Origin: Candidatus Tayloriibacteriota bacterium
GTDB lineage: Bacteria > Patescibacteriota > Minisyncoccia > Phycocordibacterales > PALSA-1337
Assembly (NCBI GenBank): GCA_003151615.1
Contig: PLXZ01000001.1
Coordinates: 134,544-198,543 of the forward strand
Length of the DNA: 64,000 bases
Direction of reading: 5' to 3'
Made by a program: the position numbers and the translations under genes. Below, piece after piece: positions 9,870-19,410 of the stretch. The notes beneath the pieces were generated by a model. The model was not told the DNA's origin, did not search any database, and was given only the letters and a program-made list of their open reading frames with translations. Within the stretch, counting starts at the first letter, position 1. The number at the start of each line of letters is the position of its first letter.

Positions 9870-11333
9870 TTAATAATCCCTCTGCCGATACTGGAGCGCT
9901 TCCATGATGTGCTCTTTTTTAATTTCTCTTGACTGCGCCAAATCGGCTATGGTTCGGGCGACGTGAACCGTGCGTACGTAAGCGCGTCCCGATAGATTCA
10001 GTTTTTTCGCCGATTCCGTAAAAAAAGACAAAGCCCGCGGGTTTATTTCTGCGTTACTGTTGCAATTTCTATTAAATAATCGCGCTTGTCTGATCCTACC
10101 CGCCATTAATTTGGATTCGTCAGCAACGGTTTTGTTGGCACCGGTGCCGTTCGAAAATTTTTCATGTTCTATTTTTGAAACCGAAATCCAGATGTCGATT
10201 CTGTCCGCTATCGGTCCGCTTATTTTTTTCCGGTAGCGCACGATTTCCTTTTCCGTGCAGATGCATTTTTTTCCGCCGCATGCACATGGATTCATCGCAA
10301 AAATATATATGCAGTCGGCGGGATAAGTCACTGATTCCTTTGTACGCGTTATGGTGATTTTTTTCTCTTCCATTGGCTGGCGCAGCGAATCAATTGTCCG
10401 CCGGTCGAATTCCGTGAACTCGTCCAGAAAAAGTACTCCCCGATGGGCCAGGGTTATTTCCCCCGGTTTCGGCGATCCTCCGCCGCCGATAATGGCCGAG
10501 TAAGGCGAAGTATGGTGCGGCGCGCGAAACGGCGGACGGGTAATAACTGAAGAGACGCCGGTTATTGAATATATTTCCGTGACTTCCAATACTTCAGCGT
10601 GCGAAAGATTCGGTAAAATTTCAGCAAACGCCTTTGCAAGCATTGTTTTTCCGGTTCCCGGCGGTCCGTACATTGCGACATTATGTCTTCCCGCCGCCCC
10701 AATTTCCAAGGCTCTTTTGGCATGTTCCTGTCCATGAATATCTCCGAAATCAACAGTTTCATCGCTTCGCGGCGCGGTCATTATTCTTGTCCGAGGCCGC
10801 GGTTTAATTTTGTTTTTTCCCGAAATATGCTCTGTTAATTGCAGCAAAGAATTTGTCGGATATATTAAAATGTCCGGTACGAGCGCGGCTTCTTGGGCGT
10901 TTTCAGTCGGTATAAAAGCCGATGCAAAACCTTTTTCCTTTGCCGTCCGTATCATTGCCAGTATTCCGCGCACCGGGTGAACATTCCCTTCGAGCGACAG
11001 TTCCCCTATGAAAATATGTTTGTCAGACTCAAAATTAATACTTCCCGCCGCCGATAAATACCCCACTGCCATGCCAAGATCGAACGCCGTTCCTTCTTTT
11101 CTGATATCTGCGGGGGCAAGGCTTATGACGACCTTCTGATTTCTCTGTTTGGGAGAAACGAATCCTGAATTTTTTATCGCGGCTGATACGCGGTCTTTTG
11201 CCTCTTCAACTGCCCTATCGCCAAGGCCCACAACGGAAAAAGCATGCAATCCGTTTGAAAGATCCACTTCTATCGTCACGATGTCGGCGCGCAGGCCTGA
11301 AACTTGTGCCGCGTATGTTTTTGAAAAACTCAT
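9870..11333 (-). CDS. comM: YifB/ComM family Mg-chelatase-like AAA+ ATPase
   Basis: Lon-protease-like N-terminal domain followed by AAA+ motifs (MYGPPGTGKTMLA, VLFLDEF) and a C-terminal ChlI-like domain. Confidence 0.85.
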   Translation of the reverse strand: MSFSKTYAAQVSGLRADIVTIEVDLSNGLHAFSVVGLGDRAVEEAKDRVSAAIKNSGFVSPKQRNQKVVISLAPADIRKEGTAFDLGMAVGYLSAAGSINFESDKHIFIGELSLEGNVHPVRGILAMIRTAKEKGFASAFIPTENAQEAALVPDILIYPTNSLLQLTEHISGKNKIKPRPRTRIMTAPRSDETVDFGDIHGQEHAKRALEIGAAGRHNVAMYGPPGTGKTMLAKAFAEILPNLSHAEVLEVTEIYSITGVSSVITRPPFRAPHHTSPYSAIIGGGGSPKPGEITLAHRGVLFLDEFTEFDRRTIDSLRQPMEEKKITITRTKESVTYPADCIYIFAMNPCACGGKKCICTEKEIVRYRKKISGPIADRIDIWISVSKIEHEKFSNGTGANKTVADESKLMAGRIRQARLFNRNCNSNAEINPRALSFFTESAKKLNLSGRAYVRTVHVARTIADLAQSREIKKEHIMEALQYRQRDY

Positions 11334-11405
11334 CAGCCAAGTCTAGCAAAACGAAATGAATTTCCTCTAAAAAAAGAATAAAATCTTTATAAAAATGTGG
11401 ATAAC

Positions 11406-11783
11406 TTAGCCGCGCATGTGCTTCAGGCATGTTTTTGCCGAAGGATTTGCTTCGAGTCTCTCATTTTCGATCGGTTCGGCACATATTGCACAGATTCCAT
11501 ATGAACCTTTTTCCATTCTGTCCAAAGCGGCGATAACCTCAAGCAATTGTTTGTCGAGTTTTTCCAAAATTCCGTTGTTTTCTTCAAGCCCTTCGATTTT
11601 GTCGGCGACTTCGTTGTCGTCGGCGCTATCCGTATCAATCTTTCCCGGAGAAGCTTCCCAGCCGCCCGCAACGTCCGGATTTTTATGTCCGACAGTCTTG
11701 AGTTCTTCCTCAAGGAGAGTTTTCTCTTTTTGAAGTTTATTTTTGAAATAATCGAGGTCTTTTTTGGTCATTGGTTTCTTCAT
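11406..11783 (-). CDS. DksA/TraR-family zinc-finger protein
   Basis: 125 aa. Coiled-coil N-terminus and a C-terminal CAIC...(17 aa)...CLKH finger, typical of DksA/TraR. Confidence 0.55.
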   Translation of the reverse strand: MKKPMTKKDLDYFKNKLQKEKTLLEEELKTVGHKNPDVAGGWEASPGKIDTDSADDNEVADKIEGLEENNGILEKLDKQLLEVIAALDRMEKGSYGICAICAEPIENERLEANPSAKTCLKHMRG

Positions 11784-11792
11784 GAGGCTATT

Positions 11793-12743
11793 CTAGCGCA
11801 CATACGCTTGGCTTTCAAATCGGGTGATTATTTCGCCGAGAGCGGCTTCATTTTGGGCTATGACCAGCGTGTTGTTGTCTATAAACGAGTAAAGGAAGAG
11901 AACATTACCATCGCTGTTCGTAAATTCGCGTACATTTTTATTTTTTATGAGTTTGTCATGGAAGCTCCCGCCGGACCATTCCGCCGGTTGAATTCCAAAA
12001 AGCGCCGAAAAATCCGACGGCATCGTTGACTCCCAGCTCAGCATGCCCGCAAAGGCATTTTGGAAAAAGTTATCGGTGAAAACGACGAAAGGAGCTGATG
12101 TCGTTCCCGCGCTATTGTCGTTTGGGGACGAATAGAATCCAAACATCCATTGACTCGTAAGCGAACTTGTCAGGGCATTTGGAGGCACAAGACCAATCAT
12201 TGAAATGAATTGAGGTCCCGTCACTCTTGTGAGGGTTGAAGTCTTGCCGTTTTGAGTGCTGCTCGCTTGTTTTCCCATGACAATTTCCAGAATGCCCCCG
12301 TTCGGCAAGGGATTCGCCTGGGATTCTTTCATCACACCGCTTATGATTCCGGCAGGCGTTTGACCTGTTATGTCGAGGACTTTTTGCAGGTCGGGAGTAA
12401 TGATGCTTGTCACTATCACGGAAGTTGAAGTTGCCGTAGGAGTCGAAGGTTGTCGGACTGACAACGGACTAATCGTATAGAAATAATATGCCACGGCTAC
12501 TCCCGCTCCGAGCAATATCAGGCTCGCGATGATCATCAATATATTTTTAAGCCACTTGTTCCGGTTTTTCGGTGCTTCAGAATCATTACCCCTTACGATA
12601 ACGATATTTTTTTCCTGTTCACGTTTTTTTTCTTCGGAAGCTATGACCATAGAGGCCTGCGAAGTTTGTCGATGCTGTATGGCATTGGCTATGTCGCTTT
12701 CATAGGTTCGTATCGTTTTTGGATCGATATCTTTTTCCTCCAT
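11793..12743 (-). CDS. Hypothetical single-pass membrane protein
   Basis: 316 aa with one TM helix (ILMIIASLILLGAGVAVAYYFY) after a charged N-terminus. No motif I recognise. Confidence 0.4.
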   Translation of the reverse strand: MEEKDIDPKTIRTYESDIANAIQHRQTSQASMVIASEEKKREQEKNIVIVRGNDSEAPKNRNKWLKNILMIIASLILLGAGVAVAYYFYTISPLSVRQPSTPTATSTSVIVTSIITPDLQKVLDITGQTPAGIISGVMKESQANPLPNGGILEIVMGKQASSTQNGKTSTLTRVTGPQFISMIGLVPPNALTSSLTSQWMFGFYSSPNDNSAGTTSAPFVVFTDNFFQNAFAGMLSWESTMPSDFSALFGIQPAEWSGGSFHDKLIKNKNVREFTNSDGNVLFLYSFIDNNTLVIAQNEAALGEIITRFESQAYVR

Positions 12744-12763
12744 ATCCTATAGTATATCCTTTT

Positions 12764-13345
12764 TTAGCCCTGCTGTGGCGGTCTTCGGCGCATGTTTCCC
12801 CGGCGAGCTCCCGCTCCTCCGTCAGAGTTTGATCCCCCGGTTCCGATGAGATATTTTCTCGGATTCTGGTCGAGGTCGATGAAATCGTCCACTGCTTCAC
12901 GCAGTTTCGATGAAGTAGATTTGCCGAATGAGACGGCCTCAACCTGGCATCCGGAATGCATCTGCAAGTATTCGACGAGAGGCACGAAGTCGCCATCGCC
13001 CGTTACGAGTACGACCGCATCGAGTTTTGGTGCGAGCTTTACGGCGTCTATCGCCATGCCAACGTCCCAATCGGCTTTCTTGCTTCCGCCGGCAAAAATC
13101 TGTAGGTCTTTTGTTTTTGCCTCGATTCCCATTTTAGTGAGAGCTTCGAAAAAGGGCTTTTCATCCCCCGCTTCCGTTGTTATGACGTATGCGACCGCGC
13201 GAATGAGCGACCGATCGCCGAGAGCGTCCTTGATGATTTGGCCGAAATTAACCCTTGCGTGGTAAAGGTTTTTTGCCGTGTGATAGAGATTCTGCGTGTC
13301 GATGAAAATGCCTACGCGCTGTTCTTTGTGTTTAATGACTGACAT
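12764..13345 (-). CDS. NYN-domain (LabA/DUF88-like) protein, predicted RNA-binding/nuclease
   Basis: VGIFIDTQNLYH start and a later VLVTGDGDF acidic cluster, as in NYN/LabA domains. 193 aa. Confidence 0.6.
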   Translation of the reverse strand: MSVIKHKEQRVGIFIDTQNLYHTAKNLYHARVNFGQIIKDALGDRSLIRAVAYVITTEAGDEKPFFEALTKMGIEAKTKDLQIFAGGSKKADWDVGMAIDAVKLAPKLDAVVLVTGDGDFVPLVEYLQMHSGCQVEAVSFGKSTSSKLREAVDDFIDLDQNPRKYLIGTGGSNSDGGAGARRGNMRRRPPQQG

Positions 13346-13443
13346 GTAATATAAAAATTAAGACTGAATAATAAAATTAGAAAACGATGATAAAAATGGA
13401 AACGAAACAAAAAATAATTGAAAAGAACTTAAGCCGAAACCGT

Positions 13444-13710
13444 TTATTTCTTCAAATCCAGTTTCTTCGCGATCGACGAATGTCGGCGAGGAAATTTCTT
13501 CTTAAGATAGTTCAAATGCGACTGACGATTCGCGACCATCGCAAGCAAACCGCGTCGGGAGTGATTGTCCTTCTTGTGTTTCTTGAGATGGTCGGCAAGC
13601 TCCTCAATTTTTTTGGTCAAAATCGAAATCTGAACTTCGGGAGAACCCGTGTCTTTATCGTGGATGGCCACTTCCTTGATTATCTTGCTTTTTTGTTTTG
13701 TCGTTAACAT
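13444..13710 (-). CDS. rpsO: 30S ribosomal protein S15
   Basis: 88 aa with the S15 hallmark DTGSPEVQISILT...HLKKHKKDNHSRRGLL. Confidence 0.9.
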   Translation of the reverse strand: MLTTKQKSKIIKEVAIHDKDTGSPEVQISILTKKIEELADHLKKHKKDNHSRRGLLAMVANRQSHLNYLKKKFPRRHSSIAKKLDLKK

Positions 13711-13776
13711 TGTCGGACCATAATAGCATGAATAGCTTTATTATGCAAGCCCGACCGGGTTTTCATCAAAAACCCT

Positions 13777-14808
13777 TTGCGGGGTATACTTATTATTATG
13801 TCGCACAATATCGCTCAATCCGTAAAAAAGAGTTCCGAAATTGAACGATTGAAAACTGAATTTCTCCAATATGTTGAGATAGAAAAAGGCCGGAGCCTGA
13901 GCACGGTTTCAAACTATGATCATTACCTTTCGCGTTTTTTAGACAATACGGGCATAAAAAAGCCGGAGGAGGTTACCGACGATCTTGTCCGAAATTTTCG
14001 TCTGTGGCTCAACCGGCAGACTTCAATAGCCGAAAAAGGCCAAGCCCCGACGGCGATGAAGAAAAAAACCCAGAATTATTATCTGATTGCCCTACGTTCT
14101 TTTTTGAAATATCTTGCTCGTCGCGGCGTGACTTCCCTGCCGCCTGACAGGATTGAACTGGCAAAAGTTCCGGAACGGTCCCTCGATCTCATTTCCGCTG
14201 AGGATTTAAGGCGTCTTTTTACCGCTCCCGACCTTTCAACACTTCGCGGATTGCGCGATAAAGCCATATTGGAACTGCTTTTTTCGACGGGACTGCGCGT
14301 TTCCGAATTGTGCGGTTTGTCCCGCGATCTGAACATTCATCACGATGAATTTTCAGTCCGCGGCAAGGGCGATAAAATCCGGGTCGTTTTTCTTTCCAAT
14401 GACGCGCGCCAGGCGGTTAAAACATATTTGGCAAAACGCGAGGATATGGATGACGCTCTTTTCGTCCAAATTTTAAAGGAAAAAAAAGAAGGCAATACCG
14501 GCAAAGGAGGAGGAAGTACTCAAAAATTGGCGCAAAATAAAGATTCTCTTCGTCTCACTTCCCGATCAGTTGAAAGAATTTTGAAATTTTATGCGGTAAA
14601 GGCCGGTATTTCCAAAAAAGTCACTCCTCACGTCATCAGACACTCGTTTGCCACGGATCTGTTGAGAAATGGGGCTGATTTACGATCCGTGCAGATGCTT
14701 TTGGGTCATGCCAACATAGCTACAACGCAGATTTATACCCATGTTACCGATACCGAGCTCCGAAATGTCCATAAAAAGTTCCACAACAAGAATCACGACA
14801 ATAAATAG
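13777..14808 (+). CDS. Tyrosine site-specific recombinase, XerC/XerD family
   Basis: C-terminal catalytic region HVIRHSFATDLL...LLGHANIATTQIYTHV (R..H..R..Y) and an N-terminal SAM-like domain. An alternative start is at 13798 (MSHNI). Confidence 0.85.
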   Translation: MRGILIIMSHNIAQSVKKSSEIERLKTEFLQYVEIEKGRSLSTVSNYDHYLSRFLDNTGIKKPEEVTDDLVRNFRLWLNRQTSIAEKGQAPTAMKKKTQNYYLIALRSFLKYLARRGVTSLPPDRIELAKVPERSLDLISAEDLRRLFTAPDLSTLRGLRDKAILELLFSTGLRVSELCGLSRDLNIHHDEFSVRGKGDKIRVVFLSNDARQAVKTYLAKREDMDDALFVQILKEKKEGNTGKGGGSTQKLAQNKDSLRLTSRSVERILKFYAVKAGISKKVTPHVIRHSFATDLLRNGADLRSVQMLLGHANIATTQIYTHVTDTELRNVHKKFHNKNHDNK

Positions 14809-14848
14809 GAAATAGGGCGGAAAATAAATAATCTGCTACAATCATTCC

Positions 14849-15658
14849 ATGAGAATCATTTCCTGGAATGTGAACGGTCTGCGGGCAAATGTGAAAAAGG
14901 GCGCTTTCGATTGGTTTTTAAATGAAGCGCCTGACATGTATTGTCTGCAGGAAACAAAGGTCCATCCTGACCAGCTCGACGAAGAAGTCCGCACTCCCGC
15001 AGGTTATCAATCTTTTTTTGACCATTCAAAAATGCGAAAAGGCTACAGCGGCGTGGCAATTTACGTAAAAAAAGAATTTAAGGTTGAAAAAGTCGAATAC
15101 AGCATCGGCATCCCCCAATTAGACCAAGAAGGCAGATTTCTGGCCGTATTTTTCGAAAATATTACCCTCGAAAACGGCGCTCCCAAGGTAAAAAAACTTC
15201 TTCTCATCAACACCTACTTTCCGAACGGGGGTGGCGGCCCGGAACGTCTTGATTATAAGCTTCGTTTTTATGACGCATTTCTTCTGTATATAAACGCATG
15301 CAGAAAACGCGGTTACGAAGTTATTTTTTGCGGCGATATAAACACGGCGCATACTGAAATTGATTTGGCGCGTCCGAAAGAAAACGAAGACAACACAGGC
15401 TTCCTTCCCATTGAACGTGCGTGGATAGATCAGGTAGTTGCGGCGAACTATACGGACGTTTTCAGAAAATTTTTTCCGGGTGTTACGGGGAAATACAGCT
15501 ACTGGGATATGAAAACATTTGCCCGGGATCGAAATGTGGGCTGGAGAATCGACTATTTTTTTGCGAGCGAGGAAATTCTTAAACGTATTAAAAGCGCCAA
15601 GATACTCGATAATGTCATGGGTTCCGATCATTGTCCCATTGATATTGTTCTCAAATAA
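14849..15658 (+). CDS. xth: Exodeoxyribonuclease III (AP endonuclease)
   Basis: MRIISWNVNGLRA start, QETK, and a C-terminal SDHCPI motif of the Xth/APE1 family. Confidence 0.9.
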   Translation: MRIISWNVNGLRANVKKGAFDWFLNEAPDMYCLQETKVHPDQLDEEVRTPAGYQSFFDHSKMRKGYSGVAIYVKKEFKVEKVEYSIGIPQLDQEGRFLAVFFENITLENGAPKVKKLLLINTYFPNGGGGPERLDYKLRFYDAFLLYINACRKRGYEVIFCGDINTAHTEIDLARPKENEDNTGFLPIERAWIDQVVAANYTDVFRKFFPGVTGKYSYWDMKTFARDRNVGWRIDYFFASEEILKRIKSAKILDNVMGSDHCPIDIVLK

Positions 15659-16064
15659 AAGTGTCGGATAAGTTATCCACAGTGATGATTCTTTTTGTCC
15701 TTTACGATGTCCTTTATATGATACAATGTCTATTAGACAGGGGAAAAGAATTTTAACCGAGGAATAATTTTTGGAACCACTGTTCTTTAAACATATAGGG
15801 CAAGGGCAAACAGCTCTCTTTTTGAAGAAGTAAATTCGAACCCCTTGTTGGCTCGGCAGGCATTACATTCTGACCTCACGTATAATTTTGATCCATCTTG
15901 GATCGTGGCACTAAAGTGTCTGAAATGTATTCTGTCTCCCCTGGCAACTTTGTTGGTTTAACACAATTTTTCTTCTTCGCAAGCCGCGTTTCGTGGTTCT
16001 TTATCTAATCTCTAAGAATCTCGTTCATACGCGGTTTTGTTTTGGCCAAAAATGTTCAAAAGAC

Positions 16065-17558
16065 CTATGAAACGTGATGTTTTTTACGTATTTCGTCTAT
16101 ATTTTGAGCCTCTTTTTCGTCTTTTACTTCTTTTGCCGATTCACCCATTTTTTTCAATTCTTTTTCGTCTAAAATGACAAGTTCCATGGCTCTTTTTTCC
16201 AAATATTCTTTTGTATTTAATTTAGGATCATCGAGGACCTCTTCCAGCAATGCGTTTAGAACCCAGCCTATTTTTGGACCGGGATTAACTTTAGCAATTT
16301 TCATTATTTCTCCCCCGTCGATTTTAAGCATTCCGACGGATATTGGATCATGCATAGCTTCCTCAATCATTGCATGGTATTTGCGGAGGCGGTAAGGGTT
16401 TTCTTTAGGTCTGCCGGTCCCTATACGGTCACAGACGCGCACATCCATCAGATCCCATATGTTTTCCTTTCCGACATTCGTGACCATGCGTCGGACAGCT
16501 GAAAGCGTGATTGTTTCGGTATCTGAAAAAAACATATGCCAACGGACCAATTTGACTATCTTTTCGGTCATTTTTCTTGGAAACTTGAGTCTTTCGAGAA
16601 TTTTCTGTGTTTCACGTGAACCAACTACATCATGGCCGTAAAAGGTGAATTGGGCTGTTTCACGTGAAAACCGACGTGTTTGAGGCTTTGCTATGTCATG
16701 AAATAGAGCCGTTAAACGGATATCTAAAGGGTAATTCTTATCCGCGGCGTGCTGAAGAGATCTTAACAAATGTTCCCAGACATCAAAAGCATGAGCTTTG
16801 TTTTGTTCCACGCCTATACCTTTTTCAAGTTCCGGAACAATAAACGCCAAAAGGCCAAGCTTTTGAAGCATTTCAATTCCCTTTTTTGGTTCGGAAGACA
16901 TAATGATTTTTGTAAACTCATCACGAATTCGTTCCCAAGATATCTCTTTCAAGAGGTTTTTGTTGGAAATAATGGCTTTTTCGGTATCAACGTTAATCGT
17001 GAAACCTAATTCTACTGAGAGACGCACTGCCCGAAGCATACGCAAAGCATCTTCCGCGAAGCGGTCATTAGGGTTTCCCACTGTCCTTAATATTTTGTCC
17101 TTTATATCTTTGAATCCGCCGTATAAATCAATAATGTCCTTTATGGCTCCCTTGGAAAGGCTTACGGCCACTGCGTTAATGGTGAAATCGCGGCGTTTAA
17201 GATCATCCTCAATTTTTTCGCTGAAATGAACTTCGTCGGGATGACGGTGATTGCTATAAGGACCTTCTATACGATATGGGGTCGCTTCAACTATTTTGAG
17301 CGAATCTTCAGCCTCTTCGTTTACTATCGCTACCGTACCAAATTTATTTTCATAAAAGGTTTTTGGGAAAAGCGGAATGATTTGTTCGGGATGCGCATTG
17401 GTTGTAACGTCCCAGTCTTTTGGTTTTCGTCCGAGAAAAAGATCCCGAGCACAGCCGCCGACCAGGTATGCCTGAAAACCTCCTTTCTCAAGGGTTTCAA
17501 CAACGTTCGTGATCTCTTTTGGAATTGAATTTTGCTTCATTTCGTTTGTAGGTTTCAT
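16065..17558 (-). CDS. cca: CCA-adding enzyme / tRNA nucleotidyltransferase with HD domain
   Basis: Pol-beta head motif GGCARDLFLG...DWDV and HD-domain residues (HDIAKP). Confidence 0.85.
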   Translation of the reverse strand: MKPTNEMKQNSIPKEITNVVETLEKGGFQAYLVGGCARDLFLGRKPKDWDVTTNAHPEQIIPLFPKTFYENKFGTVAIVNEEAEDSLKIVEATPYRIEGPYSNHRHPDEVHFSEKIEDDLKRRDFTINAVAVSLSKGAIKDIIDLYGGFKDIKDKILRTVGNPNDRFAEDALRMLRAVRLSVELGFTINVDTEKAIISNKNLLKEISWERIRDEFTKIIMSSEPKKGIEMLQKLGLLAFIVPELEKGIGVEQNKAHAFDVWEHLLRSLQHAADKNYPLDIRLTALFHDIAKPQTRRFSRETAQFTFYGHDVVGSRETQKILERLKFPRKMTEKIVKLVRWHMFFSDTETITLSAVRRMVTNVGKENIWDLMDVRVCDRIGTGRPKENPYRLRKYHAMIEEAMHDPISVGMLKIDGGEIMKIAKVNPGPKIGWVLNALLEEVLDDPKLNTKEYLEKRAMELVILDEKELKKMGESAKEVKDEKEAQNIDEIRKKHHVS

Positions 17559-17605
17559 GGTAGCATCAATTTTAAAAAAATGATATTATACTGCTACATA
17601 ACAAT

Positions 17606-18319
17606 ATGGATAAGGTACAATTAAGATTTAGGGCTCTACAATTGAGGGAATTGGGATTCTCATATGGCGAGATTTTGAAGGAAGTAAAAGTTTCCAAAAG
17701 CACTTTGGCATACTGGCTGAAAGGAATACCACTCGACGAACAGCAGGCGGCGCTTCTTAAATCACGATCGATCGAAAAGCAAAAACGTGGAAGATTTTCC
17801 ACTTCCATTGCTTTGCGGGCGCGAAAAGTCTATCGCGAAAAAGCCGCCTACGACGATGCAGAGAAGGGATTCAAATTGCATTGCGGTGAATCCTTCTTTA
17901 TGTCGGGAATATCCCTCTACTGGGCGCATGGAGGCAAGAAGAGCGGTTACTTTCAGTTCGTGAGCGCCGATCCTGAAATGATTGCATTCATGGTCAGTTG
18001 GGCGGAAAAATATCTTCTTGTTCCGCATGCTATGTCGAAAAAAGAAATCAAATTCCGTCTTTTTGTCCATGAGCCAAATAAAGGCTCTAATATTGAGGAT
18101 TTTTGGGCTAAAAGTCTTTCCGTCAAGAAGGACATGTTTAAAATGACTAAAATAAAGGGCAGGGGAATGCAGAATAATCCCAATTATAAAGGTTCTTGCA
18201 TGATTGCCATAACAAATATGGCTTTGTTGAGAAGGGTTTTAGCTTGGCAAAACCAGTTAATCAAGTATTATAAGGACATAGACAAAAAAGCAGTGTCTCA
18301 AACCGAAACGCACCCGTAG
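17606..18319 (+). CDS. Hypothetical protein with an N-terminal helix-turn-helix
   Basis: 237 aa. The N-terminus LRELGFSYGEILKEVKVSKSTLAYWLKG looks like a resolvase/sigma-4-type HTH. The rest is unrecognised; a YWAHGGK stretch weakly resembles LAGLIDADG, and I do not assert that. Its 3' end overlaps the tRNA-Arg start by about 10 nt. Confidence 0.35.
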   Translation: MDKVQLRFRALQLRELGFSYGEILKEVKVSKSTLAYWLKGIPLDEQQAALLKSRSIEKQKRGRFSTSIALRARKVYREKAAYDDAEKGFKLHCGESFFMSGISLYWAHGGKKSGYFQFVSADPEMIAFMVSWAEKYLLVPHAMSKKEIKFRLFVHEPNKGSNIEDFWAKSLSVKKDMFKMTKIKGRGMQNNPNYKGSCMIAITNMALLRRVLAWQNQLIKYYKDIDKKAVSQTETHP

Positions 18320-18381
18320 TGAAATGGATATCACATCGGTCTTCGGAACCGCTATTGGGGGTTCGAATCCCTCCGGGTGCA
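18310..18381 (+). tRNA. tRNA-Arg (anticodon TCG)
   Basis: Manual cloverleaf fold. Acceptor GCACCCG/CGGGTGC, T-arm GGGGG-TTCGAAT-CCCTC, anticodon loop CTTCGGA. One mismatch in the anticodon stem. No encoded CCA. Confidence 0.7.
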
Positions 18382-18459
18382 CACGTGATTTTGCAATAAA
18401 ACGAGGGGAATTTCTGGCGGAAAAAAGGAAGTTCTGTTAGAATAGTTTTCACTGACATT

Positions 18460-18530
18460 GCGGGCATGGTTTAGTGGTAGAACACGTCCTTGCCAAGGAC
18501 GAGACGGGAGTTCGATTCTCCCTGCCCGCA
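18460..18530 (+). tRNA. tRNA-Gly (anticodon GCC); CCA encoded at 18531-18533
   Basis: Acceptor GCGGGCA/TGCCCGC, anticodon stem CGTCC/GGACG with loop TTGCCAA, T-loop TTCGATT. Confidence 0.85.
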
Positions 18531-18750
18531 CCATCGAAGGTCTCGAAAAGCCATATTTATGGCTCAAAAATTGTCAGAAATAGATGTGAATAACTGTGCA
18601 TAACTCTGGGGATTACGTTGATAAAAGACAAAAAATATGGCCTATATTCATAAGGTCAAAATTTGATTTTTTCTTGATTTCCATCACTTTTAGGCTTATA
18701 TAGAGCCATATTTATTCAAAAAGACATAATTTTATCAAAACTTTATCCCC

Positions 18751-19131
18751 ATGGTTCAAAATTCACGTCAAAAAGGGAATATCGGGGAAGAAATTGCATG
18801 TCGGTTTCTCGTGAAACGCGGCTATAAAATTGTAGCCAGAAATTACCTGAAGAAATGGGGTGAGATAGATATTGTCGCTACAAAAAATAGCGGGATTCAT
18901 TTTATTGAAGTGAAAAGTGTGACGAAGAAAAGATCAGAGACAGGAGGTTATAATCCGGAAGAAAATGTCCATGTCCTTAAACAGAGGAGATTGCGGCGCG
19001 TCATTCAGACATACTTTTTGGAAAAGAGGATCGGTCTTGGCGTCGAATTTAAATTTCATGTCATTGTCGTGTACATGGACATGAAAACTCGCCGCGCGAG
19101 TGTCTCATTCATTGAAAATGTCATTCTGTAG
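18751..19131 (+). CDS. yraN: YraN-family (UPF0102) predicted endonuclease
   Basis: 126 aa with GEEIACRFLVKRGYKIVARNY...GEIDIVA...IHFIEVK, the YraN signature. Confidence 0.75.
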   Translation: MVQNSRQKGNIGEEIACRFLVKRGYKIVARNYLKKWGEIDIVATKNSGIHFIEVKSVTKKRSETGGYNPEENVHVLKQRRLRRVIQTYFLEKRIGLGVEFKFHVIVVYMDMKTRRASVSFIENVIL

Positions 19132-19231
19132 CTTATTTTATGGAATTTTTAGCGGTCGTATGCTAGGATAGGGAGGTTCTCAATTTTTGTTTCGCAGGCT
19201 TTTTCCGGGCGATTTTTGAAAATAATAATAT

Positions 19232-19304
19232 CGGAGCGTGGTGTAACGGCTAACATCCCTGTTTTGGGAACAGGTGACTCCGGGTTCGAATCCCGGCGCT
19301 CCGA
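19232..19304 (+). tRNA. tRNA-Pro (anticodon TGG); CCA encoded at 19305-19307
   Basis: Acceptor CGGAGCG/CGCTCCG, anticodon stem CCTGT/ACAGG with loop TTTGGGA, T-arm CCGGG-TTCGAAT-CCCGG. Confidence 0.85.
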
Positions 19305-19337
19305 CCAGTGTCCAAGTAGTTTTAAAGTTAAATAATT

Positions 19338-19408
19338 GCGGGACTAGTTTAATGGTAGAATAGGAGTTTTCCAAACTCTTGGTGGGAGTTCGATTCTCCC
19401 GTCCCGCA
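19338..19408 (+). tRNA. tRNA-Gly (anticodon TCC)
   Basis: Acceptor GCGGGAC/GTCCCGC, anticodon stem GGAGT/ACTCT with loop TTTCCAA, T-loop TTCGATT. Ends 2 nt before the next ATG. Confidence 0.85.
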
Positions 19409-19410
19409 CT

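Noticed and set aside
15119-15631. 170-aa minus-strand ORF antisense to xth
   Set aside because: It lies inside xth, whose plus frame has the diagnostic Xth motifs.
15659-16064. RNase P RNA or tmRNA in the long xth-cca spacer
   Set aside because: I looked for P4 motifs (AGTCCGGGC, ACAGAACCCGGCTTA) and tRNA-like tmRNA ends (GGTTCGATTCC...CCA) and found none. It is kept only as an unassigned candidate ncRNA region.
18261-18567. Minus-strand ORFs 18261..18467 and 18352..18567, with motifs such as GGIRTPNSGSEDR
   Set aside because: They are antisense read-through of the tRNA-Arg and tRNA-Gly genes. The conserved peptide-like strings are tRNA T-arm and acceptor sequences, not protein.
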